A stretch of DNA of 57,012 nt from contig CAYPTW010000001.1 in the NCBI GenBank assembly GCA_964413755.1, forward strand, positions 1 through 57,012. Direction: 5' to 3'. The notes below the pieces were generated by a model, which searched no databases, was not told where the DNA came from, and saw only the letters and a list, made by a program, of their open reading frames with translations. Origin of the DNA: an uncultured Thioalkalivibrio sp. (GTDB lineage: Bacteria > Pseudomonadota > Gammaproteobacteria > Steroidobacterales > XN24). Position 1 is the stretch's first letter. Every line of letters starts with the position of its first letter. Position numbers and translations under genes: made by a program. Shown here piece after piece: positions 35,151 to 46,101 of this stretch.

Positions 35151-36560
35151 ATGAAAGCCAAAGACGTGCTCGAGCTCATCAAGGAAAAGGAGGCGGCCTT
35201 CGTGGACCTCCGTTTCACGGATACCAAGGGCAAGGAGCAGCATGTGACCCTGCCGGTGAGCAAGGTCGACGACGACCTGTTCGAAGAAGGCAAGATGTTC
35301 GACGGCTCGTCCATCGCCGGATGGAAGAGCATCAACGAGTCGGACATGATCCTCATGCCGGACCCCTCTACCGCCGTGGTGGATCCTTTCTCCGAAGACA
35401 CCACCATCAACATCACCTGTGACGTGGTCGAACCCTCGACCATGCAGGGCTACGAGCGCGATCCGCGCTCCCTGGCGCATCGCGCCGAGGCGTACCTGAA
35501 GTCCACCGGCGTCGCCGACGTGGCCTACTTCGGGCCCGAGAACGAGTTCTTCATCTTCGACGACGTGCGCTGGAGCTCGGAGATGAAAGGCGTCTCCTAC
35601 CAGATCGACTCCTCGGAGGCCGGCTGGAACTCGGAGAAGATTTACCCCGACGGCAACTTCGGCCATCGCCCGACGGTGAAGGGCGGCTATTTCCCGGTGC
35701 CGCCGGTCGACTCGCTGCACGACGTGCGCTCGGCCATGTGCATGGTGCTGGCCGACATGGGCCTCGATCCGGAAGTGCATCACCACGAGGTCGCCACTGC
35801 GGGCCAGTGCGAGATCGGCGTGGCGTTCGGTTCGCTGGTGAAGAAGGCCGACGAGGTGCAGACGCTGAAGTACGTGGTGTGGAACGTGGCCCAGGGCTAC
35901 GGCAAGACCGCCACCTTCATGCCCAAGCCGCTGGTCGGCGACAACGGCAACGGCATGCACGTGCACCAGTCGCTGTCGAAGGACGGCAAGAACATCTTCA
36001 CCGGTGAGGAGTACGGCGGCCTGTCCGAGACGGCGCTGTACTACATCGGCGGCATCATCAAGCATGCCCGTGCGCTCAACGCTTTCACCAACCCGTCCAC
36101 CAACAGCTACAAGCGCCTGGTGCCGGGCTTCGAAGCTCCGGTGAAGCTGGCGTACTCGGCGCGTAACCGTTCCGCCTCCATCCGCATTCCGCACATCCCC
36201 AATCCGAAGGGGCGTCGCATCGAGGTGCGTTTCCCGGACTCGACGGCGAATCCCTACTTCGCCTTCGCCGCGATGATGATGGCGGGCCTGGACGGCATCC
36301 TGAACAAGATCCACCCGGGCGACCCGATGGACAAGGATCTCTACGACCTGCCGGCCGAAGAGTCCAAGAGCATCCCCGAGGTCTGCTACTCGCTGGAGTC
36401 GGCGCTCGAGGCGCTGGATTCCGACCGCGCCTTCCTCACCGCCGGCGGCGTGTTCACGGACGACCTCATCGACGCCTACATCGGCCTGAAGATGGCCGAT
36501 GTGCAGCGCCTGCGCATGACCACGCACCCGGTCGAGTTCGATATGTATTACAGCGTCTGA
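35151..36560 (+). CDS. glnA: Glutamine synthetase type I
   Basis: [38 protein letters not shown] and KDLYDLP (adenylylation Tyr). 469 aa. Confidence 0.99.
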   Translation: MKAKDVLELIKEKEAAFVDLRFTDTKGKEQHVTLPVSKVDDDLFEEGKMFDGSSIAGWKSINESDMILMPDPSTAVVDPFSEDTTINITCDVVEPSTMQGYERDPRSLAHRAEAYLKSTGVADVAYFGPENEFFIFDDVRWSSEMKGVSYQIDSSEAGWNSEKIYPDGNFGHRPTVKGGYFPVPPVDSLHDVRSAMCMVLADMGLDPEVHHHEVATAGQCEIGVAFGSLVKKADEVQTLKYVVWNVAQGYGKTATFMPKPLVGDNGNGMHVHQSLSKDGKNIFTGEEYGGLSETALYYIGGIIKHARALNAFTNPSTNSYKRLVPGFEAPVKLAYSARNRSASIRIPHIPNPKGRRIEVRFPDSTANPYFAFAAMMMAGLDGILNKIHPGDPMDKDLYDLPAEESKSIPEVCYSLESALEALDSDRAFLTAGGVFTDDLIDAYIGLKMADVQRLRMTTHPVEFDMYYSV

Positions 36561-36580
36561 CGAGTCTGGAGGACGTGTTT

Positions 36581-36615
36581 CGGGCGGCGAAGGCAACTTC
36601 GCCGCCCGCTTTTTT
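36581..36615 (+). terminator. Rho-independent terminator of glnA
   Basis: Perfect 12 bp stem CGGGCGGCGAAG / CTTCGCCGCCCG with a GCAA tetraloop, followed by TTTTTT. Confidence 0.92.
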
Positions 36616-36674
36616 GCCAGCCTGGTGGTCGCCCGACTATGCTAGGCGGGCGGCTTCGCTCTGGAGGTGCTCCG

Positions 36675-37211
36675 ATGCGCTGGATCCTGGTGGTCTTGCT
36701 GATGTGCTGTGCGCTTGGCGCCCATGCTGAAGAGGTATGGCGCTGGGTCGACGAGAACGGCGTGGTGCACTACTCCGACCGGCCGCGTCCCGGTGCGGAA
36801 CGGGTCGAGCTCAACCCGGCCCAGACCTATACGCCGCAAGCGGTCCCGGCCCGACCGGAAAGTGCGCAGCCGGCGCAGAGCGAAGCGGCGCCGGGTCCGC
36901 GCTACACCGGCCTCAGGGTCGTCTCGCCGGCGCCCGGCGAGACCCTGTGGAACATCGGCGGCCAGCTCAATGTGCAGCTCGAGGTGCGGCCGGGACTGGC
37001 GCCCGGGCACCAGCTGCGCGTGTTGCTCGACGGCCAGCGCGTGGAGACGCCGCGGGGCGCCACCCAGTTCACCATCAACGAGGTGTACCGCGGCGAGCAC
37101 ACGCTGAGCGCCTCGGTGATGGATGCGCAGGGTCGCGAACTCGTCGCCAGCGACCCCGTGACGTTCTACGTCCAGCAGGCATCGCTGCAAAACCCCAACC
37201 GGCCACGCTGA
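36675..37211 (+). CDS. DUF4124 domain exported protein
   Basis: GGAGG RBS, signal peptide, VWRWVDENGVVHYSDRP and an Ig-like C-terminus. Confidence 0.85.
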   Translation: MRWILVVLLMCCALGAHAEEVWRWVDENGVVHYSDRPRPGAERVELNPAQTYTPQAVPARPESAQPAQSEAAPGPRYTGLRVVSPAPGETLWNIGGQLNVQLEVRPGLAPGHQLRVLLDGQRVETPRGATQFTINEVYRGEHTLSASVMDAQGRELVASDPVTFYVQQASLQNPNRPR

Positions 37212-37221
37212 AGTCCTCCCG

Positions 37222-38315
37222 GTGGGCGCTGACAATCACCCAGGCTACCCGCCGGCAGAGCATCTCGAGAACCTCAGCACGGGCGTCCTCGTCCTCGACG
37301 AAGCGTTCGATGTGCGCTATGCGAACCCCGCGGCCGAGCAACTGCTCGGCGTGAGTCGTCAGCAGCTCGGCAGTCGCACCCTGCCCCAGGCCGTCCCCGG
37401 GCTCGCCGCGTTGCTGCCGCTGCTGCAGCGGGTGCGGGACACCGGCCGCGCGGTGTCGCGCCGCGAGCTGGTGTTCGCCATGCCCGCCGGACAGGAGGAC
37501 GCGCTGGCGCTGGATTGCGCCCTGAGCGCGACCGAGGATACCGAGGGCCGGCGCCTGCTGCTGCTGGAGGTTGCCGATGCGCGCTGGCGGCTGCGCATCG
37601 ATCGCGAGAAGGCGCTGCTGGCGCAACTCGAGGCCAGTCGCAGCATGGTGCGCCAGTTGGCGCACGAGCTGAGAAATCCCCTCGGCGGCATCCGTGGGGC
37701 GGCGCAGCTGCTGGAGCGGCAGCTCGACTCGCCGGCGCAGAAGGATTACACCGCCCTGATCATGCGCGAGGCGGACCGGCTCGCCGACCTGGCAGCGGCA
37801 CTGCTCGGACCGGCACGCGCACCGCGCATGGCCCCGTGCAATATCCACGAACTGCTGGAACATGTGCGTGCCCTGGTGGTGGCCGAGGGCGTGGACGGCG
37901 TGGAACTGGAGCGGGACTACGATCCCAGCCTGCCCATGCTGCAGCTGGACGCCGACCTGGTGGTGCAGGCGATGCTCAACCTGGCGCGCAACGCGCTCAA
38001 CGCGGTAGGCGAGCACGGCCGGGTGGTGTTCCGCACCCGCGTGCTGTCGACGGACGCCCTGCCCCGTGCCAACGGCCGCCCCGTGGCCTGCATCGAGATC
38101 GAGGATGACGGCCCGGGCGTGCCTGAGGCGCTGCGCGAGACGCTGTTCTATCCGCTCGTCACCGGGCGCCCCGGCGGCAGCGGGCTGGGGCTGGCGGTGG
38201 CCCAGGAACTGGTGAGCCGCAACGACGGCCTGATCGAGTATTCCAGCCGTCCCGGGCGCACCGTGTTCAGGATGCTGTTCCCGATCGGGGAGGAAGCGAA
38301 GGTGGAGGACGACAG

Positions 38316-38319
<4 letters not shown>
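37222..38319 (+). CDS. glnL: Nitrogen regulation sensor kinase NtrB
   Basis: PAS-like YANPAAEQLL, LAHELRNPLGGIRGAAQLL, RDYDPSLP and LFYPLVTGR..GSGLGL. Confidence 0.95.
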
Positions 38320-39713
<1,394 letters not shown>

Positions 39714-39720
39714 CCGTCTC

Positions 39721-40695
39721 TCAGGCGCGGGCGGCGGCGGGGGCGCTCGTGCCCGGTGTCTCCAGGGTGCCCACCAGTTTCGCCACCGAGCTGAAACCGT
39801 GGCGTTGCAGGTAATCGCGGATGCCGTCGTTGATCTTGCGGCACACCAGCGGGTCGTAGAACAGGGCCGTGCCGATACCGACCGCGCTGGCGCCGGCGAT
39901 GATGAACTCCAGGGCGTCGCGCGCGGTGACGATGCCGCCCTGGCCGATGATGGGCACGCCATGCTGCCGTGCGACCTGGTGTACCTGGTGCACCTTGAGC
40001 AGCGCGATGGGCTTGATCGCGGGACCGGACAGGCCGCCTTGCACGTTGCCGATCACCGGCGCCCGCTTCTCCGCGTCGATGGCCATGCCCATGACCGTGT
40101 TGATCACCGCGAAGGCATCGGTACCGGCCTCGATGCAGCGGCGCGCGTTCTCCTGGATGTCCGTCTGGTTCGGCGACAGCTTGGTGATGAGGGGCTTCGA
40201 GGTGGCCCGGCGACAGGCCTCGACCACCTTGGCGGACATGTCGGGGTAATTGCCGAATGCCACTCCGCCCTCCTTCACGTTGGGGCAGGAGATGTTGATC
40301 TCGATGGCGTCGATGGGCGAGTCGTCGAACAGCCGCGTGACCTCGATGTATTCCTCGATGGTGGAGCCGCTGACGTTGGCGATGAAGCGGGTCTCGGAGA
40401 AGTCGAGGGTGGGCAGGATCTCGCGCACTACGCGCTCGGCGCCGGGGTTCTGCAGCCCGATGGCGTTGAGCATGCCCTGCGGTGTTTCGTAGACGCGGTG
40501 CGGCGGGTTGCCGAGCCGCGCCGCGCCGGTCGTGCCCTTGAGCACGATGGCGCCGGCGTCGGCGTTGGAGAAGCCCGCGACGCGCGTGTACTCTTCGCCG
40601 AAGCCCACGCAGCCGGAGAGCAGCACGATGGGTGAAGAGAAACCCAGCCCGCAGAAATCCAGTGCCAGCGAATCCGTCTGAGTCGTTGCCGTCAT
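39721..40695 (-). CDS. pyrD: Dihydroorotate dehydrogenase, class 1 (1B-like catalytic subunit)
   Basis: GNPPHRVYET..GMLNAIGLQNPG, EINISCPNV (catalytic Cys), KLSPN and GGLSGPAIKPIAL. No N-terminal quinone-binding domain. Confidence 0.92.
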   Translation of the reverse strand: MTATTQTDSLALDFCGLGFSSPIVLLSGCVGFGEEYTRVAGFSNADAGAIVLKGTTGAARLGNPPHRVYETPQGMLNAIGLQNPGAERVVREILPTLDFSETRFIANVSGSTIEEYIEVTRLFDDSPIDAIEINISCPNVKEGGVAFGNYPDMSAKVVEACRRATSKPLITKLSPNQTDIQENARRCIEAGTDAFAVINTVMGMAIDAEKRAPVIGNVQGGLSGPAIKPIALLKVHQVHQVARQHGVPIIGQGGIVTARDALEFIIAGASAVGIGTALFYDPLVCRKINDGIRDYLQRHGFSSVAKLVGTLETPGTSAPAAARA

Positions 40696-40715
40696 GCCCG
40701 CTCCCGTCAGCTGAT

Positions 40716-41183
40716 ATGTTCCACGTGATCCTGTGGCAGCCCGAGATCCCGCCGAACACGGGCAATATCATACGCCTGTGTGCGAATACGGGCGCCACGC
40801 TGTCGCTGGTCAGGCCGCTGGGCTTTGCGCTGGATGCGCCGCGGTTGCGCCGTGCGGGCCTGGATTATCACGAGTTCGCCGAGCTGCGCGACTACCCGGA
40901 CCTGGAGACCTGCCTCGATGCCCTGGGTGCACCGCGCACCTGGGCCTTTTCCGCGCGCGCCAGCGGCCGCATCGACAACGCCGCTTTCCTCCCCGGTGAC
41001 GCGCTGCTGTTCGGTCCCGAGACGCGAGGACTGCCCGCTGAAGTGCTGGAACAGTTCCCGGCCGAGCGTCGCCTGCGCCTGCCGATGCGACCCGGCAACC
41101 GCAGCCTGAACCTGTCCAACGCGGTAGCCGTGGCAGTCTACGAGGCGTGGCGCCAGCACGGCTTCGCCGGCGCCGCGCCCTGA
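40716..41183 (+). CDS. trmL: tRNA (cytidine34-2'-O)-methyltransferase
   Basis: PEIPPNTGNIIRLCAN, LRRAGLDY, FGPETRGLP and RSLNLSNAVAV. Confidence 0.96.
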   Translation: MFHVILWQPEIPPNTGNIIRLCANTGATLSLVRPLGFALDAPRLRRAGLDYHEFAELRDYPDLETCLDALGAPRTWAFSARASGRIDNAAFLPGDALLFGPETRGLPAEVLEQFPAERRLRLPMRPGNRSLNLSNAVAVAVYEAWRQHGFAGAAP

Positions 41184-41228
41184 GTCGAGCCTTGAGTCGA
41201 GCCTTGAGTCGGGCCCTGGGTCGAGGCC
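41181..41228. repeat. 12-bp tandem repeat, four copies, degenerating
   Basis: TGAGTCGAGCCT, TGAGTCGAGCCT, TGAGTCGGGCCC, TGGGTCGAGGCC, beginning at the trmL stop. Confidence 0.85.
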
Positions 41229-41244
41229 AGGGCCGGTGCCCGGC

Positions 41245-42270
41245 TCAGGCGTCGGGGGCGAATTCCGACTTCAGTTCGCGCTTCATCAGGGCCGCCACAG
41301 CGGCCTGGGGCTCTGCGCCCTCGTAAAGAATGCGGTAGATCTGTTCGCAGATCGGCATCTCGACCTCGGCGCGACGCGACACGCGGTGCACGGCCTCGGC
41401 GGCCAGCACGCCTTCTACGACCTGCTGGATTTCCGCCTCCGCTTCCTTGATCGATTGGCCGGCGGCGAGCGCCAGGCCCATACGGCGGTTGCGCGACTGG
41501 TCGTCGGTACAGGTGAGCACCAGGTCGCCCATGCCGGCCAGGCCCATGAAGGTCGCCGAGTCCGCGCCCAGCGCCACGCCGAGACGGGTCATTTCCACCA
41601 GGCCGCGGGTGATCAGGGCCACGCGCGTGTTGGCGCCGAAGCCCAGGCCGTCGCAGATGCCGGCGCCGATGGCCAGCACGTTCTTCACCGCACCGCCGAC
41701 TTCCACGCCGACGATGTCGCTCGAGGTATAGGCGCGGAAATTCTCGCCGGACAGGCTCTCCGCCAGCTGCCGCGCGTAATCGGGGTCGGTGGCCGCCACC
41801 GTCATGGCCGTGGGCAGGCCCATGCCCACCTCGCGCGCGAAAGTCGGCCCGGACAGCACCGCCAGGGCGCGCCCGCTGCCGAGCACCTCGCGCGCCACCT
41901 GGTGCGGCAGCTTGCCGGTCTCGAGCTCGAAGCCCTTGGTGGCCCAGGCGACGCGGGCGTCGGGGCGCAACAGCGGCTTCATGTCCGTCAGCACCTGGCG
42001 CAGGGCGTGGCTGGGGACCGCCACGACGACGAACGGCGCGGCCGCGAGCACGCCCGCCAGGTCGCCGTCGGCATGCAGGGCGTCGGGAAACCGGGCGCCG
42101 GGCAGGAAGCGCGCATTTTCCCGCGCACGGTCGAGACCCGCGGGGTCGTCTTCCGCGCGGCCCCACAGCAGCGTCGGGCGACCGGTGCGCGCGAACTGGA
42201 TCGCCAGCGCCGTGCCCCAGGAGCCGGCGCCGATAACGGCAATGGTCTCTGCGGGCGCGGAGTCGTTCAT
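41245..42270 (-). CDS. gpsA: NAD(P)H-dependent glycerol-3-phosphate dehydrogenase
   Basis: VIGAGSWGTALA, LSGPTFAREV, GGAVKNVLAI and GDLVLTCTDDQSRNRR. Confidence 0.97.
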   Translation of the reverse strand: MNDSAPAETIAVIGAGSWGTALAIQFARTGRPTLLWGRAEDDPAGLDRARENARFLPGARFPDALHADGDLAGVLAAAPFVVVAVPSHALRQVLTDMKPLLRPDARVAWATKGFELETGKLPHQVAREVLGSGRALAVLSGPTFAREVGMGLPTAMTVAATDPDYARQLAESLSGENFRAYTSSDIVGVEVGGAVKNVLAIGAGICDGLGFGANTRVALITRGLVEMTRLGVALGADSATFMGLAGMGDLVLTCTDDQSRNRRMGLALAAGQSIKEAEAEIQQVVEGVLAAEAVHRVSRRAEVEMPICEQIYRILYEGAEPQAAVAALMKRELKSEFAPDA

Positions 42271-42278
42271 GGGCTGTG

Positions 42279-42785
42279 CTAGTGGCTGGCTTCGGGTGAC
42301 GCGCCGGCGTCGTTACCTGCCGCGGCCTGCTCGGCCTGCTGCCGGCGATAGGCTTCGGCAGCAATGGCGTCGAAGTTCATCGGCTGCAGCTGCAGGGCCG
42401 GGAAGCCGCCCTTGCTGGTGAAGTCGGACACCGCCTCGCGCGCAAAGGGGTACAGCTGCTGCGGGCAGAACGTCACCAGGGCACGCTGCAGGTCGGCCTG
42501 CTCCAGGCCGCGCAGCAGGAACACGCCGGCCTGCTGGATCTCTACCAGGAAAGCGACCTGGTCTTCCTGCTTGGCTTCCACGGTCAGGTTCAGCACGCAC
42601 TCGTACTGGTCGTCGCCCAACTCGGTCGTCTTGCTGCCGAGGTTGAGTGACACGTTCGGACGCCACTCGCCGGTGAAGATCGCCGGGCTGTTGGGCGCCT
42701 CGAAGGAGCTGTCCTTGAGGTAAACGCGCTGCAGCGCGACCGCGATGCGATTGGTGTCCAGACCGTCGGGTTTTTGCTCGGCCAT
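42279..42785 (-). CDS. secB: Protein export chaperone SecB
   Basis: LQRVYLKDSSFEAPNSP, QQAGVF, CP..LYPFARE and GGFP.L.LQPMNFD. Confidence 0.96.
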   Translation of the reverse strand: MAEQKPDGLDTNRIAVALQRVYLKDSSFEAPNSPAIFTGEWRPNVSLNLGSKTTELGDDQYECVLNLTVEAKQEDQVAFLVEIQQAGVFLLRGLEQADLQRALVTFCPQQLYPFAREAVSDFTSKGGFPALQLQPMNFDAIAAEAYRRQQAEQAAAGNDAGASPEASH

Positions 42786-42822
42786 GATGGCTCCTTGGGG
42801 CAGTATCGTTAGCTCGAATTGC

Positions 42823-43116
42823 TTATGAGCTTGGGTGTTGTTGTGCGTCCGCCGTCTCCGCCAGGAGCAGCGGGTCCAGTTGCCCGGCGGTATCGAGGGC
42901 GCGCAGGTCATCGTAGCCCCCGATGTGCCGGTCGCCAATGAATACCTGCGGCACGGTGCGCCGTCCGCTGCGGTCTTCCATCTCGCTGCGCGCCGCGCGA
43001 TCCATGTCGACGTTGATGATCTCGGGCTGCACGCCCTTGTTCTCCAGCAGCACCAGCGCGCGCGTGCACCAGCCGCAGTAGCGCGAAGCGTAGACCACGA
43101 CCCGCGGAGCACTCAT
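42823..43116 (-). CDS. grxC: Glutaredoxin 3
   Basis: CGWC active site, TVPQVFIG and GGYDDL. Lies between the rhodanese gene and secB. Confidence 0.93.
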   Translation of the reverse strand: MSAPRVVVYASRYCGWCTRALVLLENKGVQPEIINVDMDRAARSEMEDRSGRRTVPQVFIGDRHIGGYDDLRALDTAGQLDPLLLAETADAQQHPSS

Positions 43117-43562
43117 GCGTTGTCCTTCTTGCGCGTCTTGCGCCCGGAGAACACCGGCAGGTTGTCGGCGCGCCAGGCCGTGAGACCGCCGCGCAGCGTG
43201 CGCATCCCGGTGAGGCCCTTGGCCTTCAGCGTTTCCGCTGCCTTGAGGGATACGCTGCCGTTGTCGCAATACAGCAGCATGCCGCGCTCCTGCAGCTTTT
43301 CCAGCGCCGGGAGGTGCTGGTCGAAATCGCTGAGCGGAATGTTGCGCGCGTCGAGGATGTGCCCCTTCTCGAACTGCGCCGCCGCGCGCAGGTCGATCGG
43401 CTGGGCCCCGGCGTTGATCAGCGCTACCGCCTCGGGCGGCGACACGTCCGTGCCCTTGCGACGCGCCACGCGCATCTCGTAGCCGAAGACGATGGCGAAC
43501 ATCAGCAGCAGGCCGCCGAACAGCAGCGGGTGGTTGGCGGCGTACGCGAAAATGGCTTCCAT
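43113..43562 (-). CDS. Rhodanese-like domain protein (YibN-like)
   Basis: N-terminal TM, IDLR...FEKGHILDARNIP and LRGGLTAW...LP. Conserved position before grxC. Confidence 0.9.
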   Translation of the reverse strand: MEAIFAYAANHPLLFGGLLLMFAIVFGYEMRVARRKGTDVSPPEAVALINAGAQPIDLRAAAQFEKGHILDARNIPLSDFDQHLPALEKLQERGMLLYCDNGSVSLKAAETLKAKGLTGMRTLRGGLTAWRADNLPVFSGRKTRKKDNA

Positions 43563-43592
43563 GAAGGTGGTATCCCCTGGCGCGAGCCCGCC

Positions 43593-43646
43593 ATTATACC
43601 TGCTTGCACGCGCGGGGCTTGCCGCCCCGGCCGCATCCCCTACACT
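43593..43646. promoter_or_regulatory. Divergent sigma70-like promoters for the yibN-grxC-secB-gpsA and envC operons
   Basis: Minus-strand TATAAT at 43598-43593. Plus-strand TTGCCG (43619-43624), a 16 bp spacer, then TACACT (43641-43646). Confidence 0.5.
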
Positions 43647-43655
43647 CGGCGCACC

Positions 43656-44804
43656 GTGAACAGGATTCCCGCCCGCTGCCTGCTGCTCTTGCTCGCTCTC
43701 TGGGCCGCGACCGGCCCCGTGGCCGGCCGCGCCGACGATGCCGCAACCGAGCAGCGCCTGGAGGCGCTGAAGGCCCGCATTGCCGTCATCGAGCAGGAGC
43801 AGCGCCGGGCCGCGGAACGCCGCGACCGCGAAACGCGGGCCCTGCGCCAGGCCGAAGAGGCCGTCGCCGCGCGGGCGCGCGAGCTGGAACAGACGCGGCG
43901 CGAGCGGCTCGCAGCCGCCGCGCGGCGCGACGAGCTGGCGGGGCGGCGCGCCGAGCTGGCCGGCGCGCTGGCCGACGACACCGAGGCCCTGTCGGCGGAG
44001 CTGCGGGCCGCCTGGCTGGCAGGCCGCGAGCCTCGCCTGAAGCTGGCGCTGAACCAGCAGGATCCGGCCCGCCTCGGCCGCATGCTGGCCTGGTACCGCT
44101 ACATCGCCGAGGACCGGGCCGAGCGCATCGCCGGCCTGCGCGAGCGCCTTGCCGAGCTGGCACAGGTGACCGAGGCGCTGGAAGCCGAGCGCGCGCGCCT
44201 CGCGGCAGTCGAGACGCGCCAGGCCGAGGCCCTCGCGGCGCTCGAGGATGCCCGGGCGGTCCGTGCCGGCGCCGTGGCCGACCTGGATGCCGACCTGGCG
44301 CGGCGCGCGGAGGAAACTGAGCGCCTGCGCGAGGAGGCGGCCGCGCTGGAAAGGCTGCTGGAGGAATTGCGCGCCGCGGTGGCGGATCTCCCCGTGCCGG
44401 ATGCGGCACCCTTCCAGGAGCAACGGGGCCGGCTGGCCTGGCCGGTGGAGGGTGCGCTGCTGCGCACCTTCGGCAGCCGCCGCGGCGAAGGGCCGCGGTC
44501 CAACGGGGTGCTCATCGGCGCCGGGCGCGGCAGCGAGGTCCGTGCCGTGTGGTCCGGGCGCGTGGCCTATGCGGACTGGCTGCCGGGGCTCGGCTTGCTG
44601 CTGGTGCTGGAGCACGGCGACGGCTACATGAGCCTGTACGGACACAATGAAGTGCTGTTCAGCAGCGTCGGCGACTGGGTGTCCGCCGGGCAGGTCGTCG
44701 GCCGCGTCGGCGACAGCGGCGGCCGCGACCAGGCCGGCCTGTACTTCGAGATTCGCAGCGGCACGGAGCCGCAAAACCCGCAGTCCTGGCTCTCCCGGCC
44801 ATGA
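43656..44804 (+). CDS. envC: Murein hydrolase activator EnvC
   Basis: Signal peptide and long coiled coil, then a degenerate M23 domain (LAWPVEG, SNGVLI, HGDGYMSLYGHN, LYFEIR). Confidence 0.9.
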   Translation: MNRIPARCLLLLLALWAATGPVAGRADDAATEQRLEALKARIAVIEQEQRRAAERRDRETRALRQAEEAVAARARELEQTRRERLAAAARRDELAGRRAELAGALADDTEALSAELRAAWLAGREPRLKLALNQQDPARLGRMLAWYRYIAEDRAERIAGLRERLAELAQVTEALEAERARLAAVETRQAEALAALEDARAVRAGAVADLDADLARRAEETERLREEAAALERLLEELRAAVADLPVPDAAPFQEQRGRLAWPVEGALLRTFGSRRGEGPRSNGVLIGAGRGSEVRAVWSGRVAYADWLPGLGLLLVLEHGDGYMSLYGHNEVLFSSVGDWVSAGQVVGRVGDSGGRDQAGLYFEIRSGTEPQNPQSWLSRP

Positions 44805-44883
44805 CCCTGCGCCGCTCCGGGGCGGCGCACCGGGGGCGGGATTTCTGCTATGTTCTGCCGCTGGAAAACGCTCGGACCGGCCG

Positions 44884-46101
44884 ATGAAGCCTTTGATCCT
44901 GAGGGCCCTGCTTGCTGTCTGGCTCGGCGTGGTGCTGGGCCTCGCCCTGTCGCTGGCGCCCGGCCTGGGCAGCCGCGATCGTGCCGCTGAGCCCCCGGCG
45001 CCGGGGGTCGAAGGCGAACTGCTGGCCGAAGTGATGGAGCGGGTGCGGCGCGAGTACGTCGACCCGGTGGAGCAGCGGGTCCTGGTGGACGCCGCCATCC
45101 GCGGCATCATGACCGAACTCGATCCCCACTCCGCCTTTCTCGGTTCCAGCGAATACCGCGACATCCGCATCAGCACCAGCGGGCGCTATACCGGCGTCGG
45201 CGTGGAGATCGGGGTCGACGCCGACCAGGTGGTGGTAGTGACGCCGCTGGAAGGCGGGCCTGCCGAGGCCGCCGGCCTGCAGCCCGGCGATGTCATTTTT
45301 TCCATCGACGGCCTCGGCGTCGGCAGCGACGACCTGGCGGACACCATCCTGCGCATGCGCGGCGTGGAAGGCAGCCAGGTGGTGCTCGGCATCCGCCGCC
45401 CGGGCGGCACAGACCCGTTTTCCGTGGTGCTGACGCGTCGCAAGATCGAGTTCCGCAGCGTGCATGGCCGGATACTCGACAATGGCGCCGCCTATGTGCG
45501 GCTGAGCCAGTTCACCGACGGCACCGCGGCTGACCTCGTGGAGCTGGTCGGGGCGCTGCAGCAACAGGCGGGCGGGTCCTTGCCGGGGCTGGTCCTCGAC
45601 CTGAGAAACAACCCCGGCGGCGTCCTCGACGCAGCCACGGAGGTGGCGGACGCCTTCCTCGAACAGGGCCTGATCCTCTCCGCCGAGGGCCGCGCCGAGG
45701 ACGCCCGATTCCTGGTCGAGGCCCGGCCCGGCGACGTGTTGTCCGGCGCGCCCCTGAGCGTGCTCGTCAATCGCGGCTCGGCCTCCGCCGCCGAGATCGT
45801 CGCCGGCGCCCTGCAGGACCACGGCCGCGCGGTGATCGTGGGCGAGACCACCTATGGCAAGGGGTCGGTGCAGAGCATCGTCCCGTTGTCGGACGGGCGC
45901 GCCATCAAGCTCACCACCTCGCGTTACTTCACCCCGTCCGGCCGGTCGATCCACGGTACCGGGATCCAGCCCGACGTGCGCATCGGGTCGCCCGCCGACG
46001 ACGCCGGTGATCCGCAGCTTGAAGTGGCGCTGGAGACGCTGCGACCGGACGCCGCTCCTGCCGACGGCAAGCGTCCAGTGGTCGCGGAGCTCAAGACCTA
46101 G
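44884..46101 (+). CDS. ctpA: Carboxyl-terminal processing protease (S41A)
   Basis: LDPHS, PDZ domain, LDLRNNPGG, GSASAAEIVAGALQD and TYGKGSVQ. Confidence 0.93.
   Translation: MKPLILRALLAVWLGVVLGLALSLAPGLGSRDRAAEPPAPGVEGELLAEVMERVRREYVDPVEQRVLVDAAIRGIMTELDPHSAFLGSSEYRDIRISTSGRYTGVGVEIGVDADQVVVVTPLEGGPAEAAGLQPGDVIFSIDGLGVGSDDLADTILRMRGVEGSQVVLGIRRPGGTDPFSVVLTRRKIEFRSVHGRILDNGAAYVRLSQFTDGTAADLVELVGALQQQAGGSLPGLVLDLRNNPGGVLDAATEVADAFLEQGLILSAEGRAEDARFLVEARPGDVLSGAPLSVLVNRGSASAAEIVAGALQDHGRAVIVGETTYGKGSVQSIVPLSDGRAIKLTTSRYFTPSGRSIHGTGIQPDVRIGSPADDAGDPQLEVALETLRPDAAPADGKRPVVAELKT

Noticed and set aside
40717-40732. Third parS-like sequence TGTTCCACGTGATCCT at the trmL start
   Set aside because: The right arm is broken and the sequence is explained by the MFHVIL codons. 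At most a half-site.
41181-41228. Tandem repeat as a possible CRISPR array
   Set aside because: The 12 bp units are contiguous with no spacers, and there are no cas genes.
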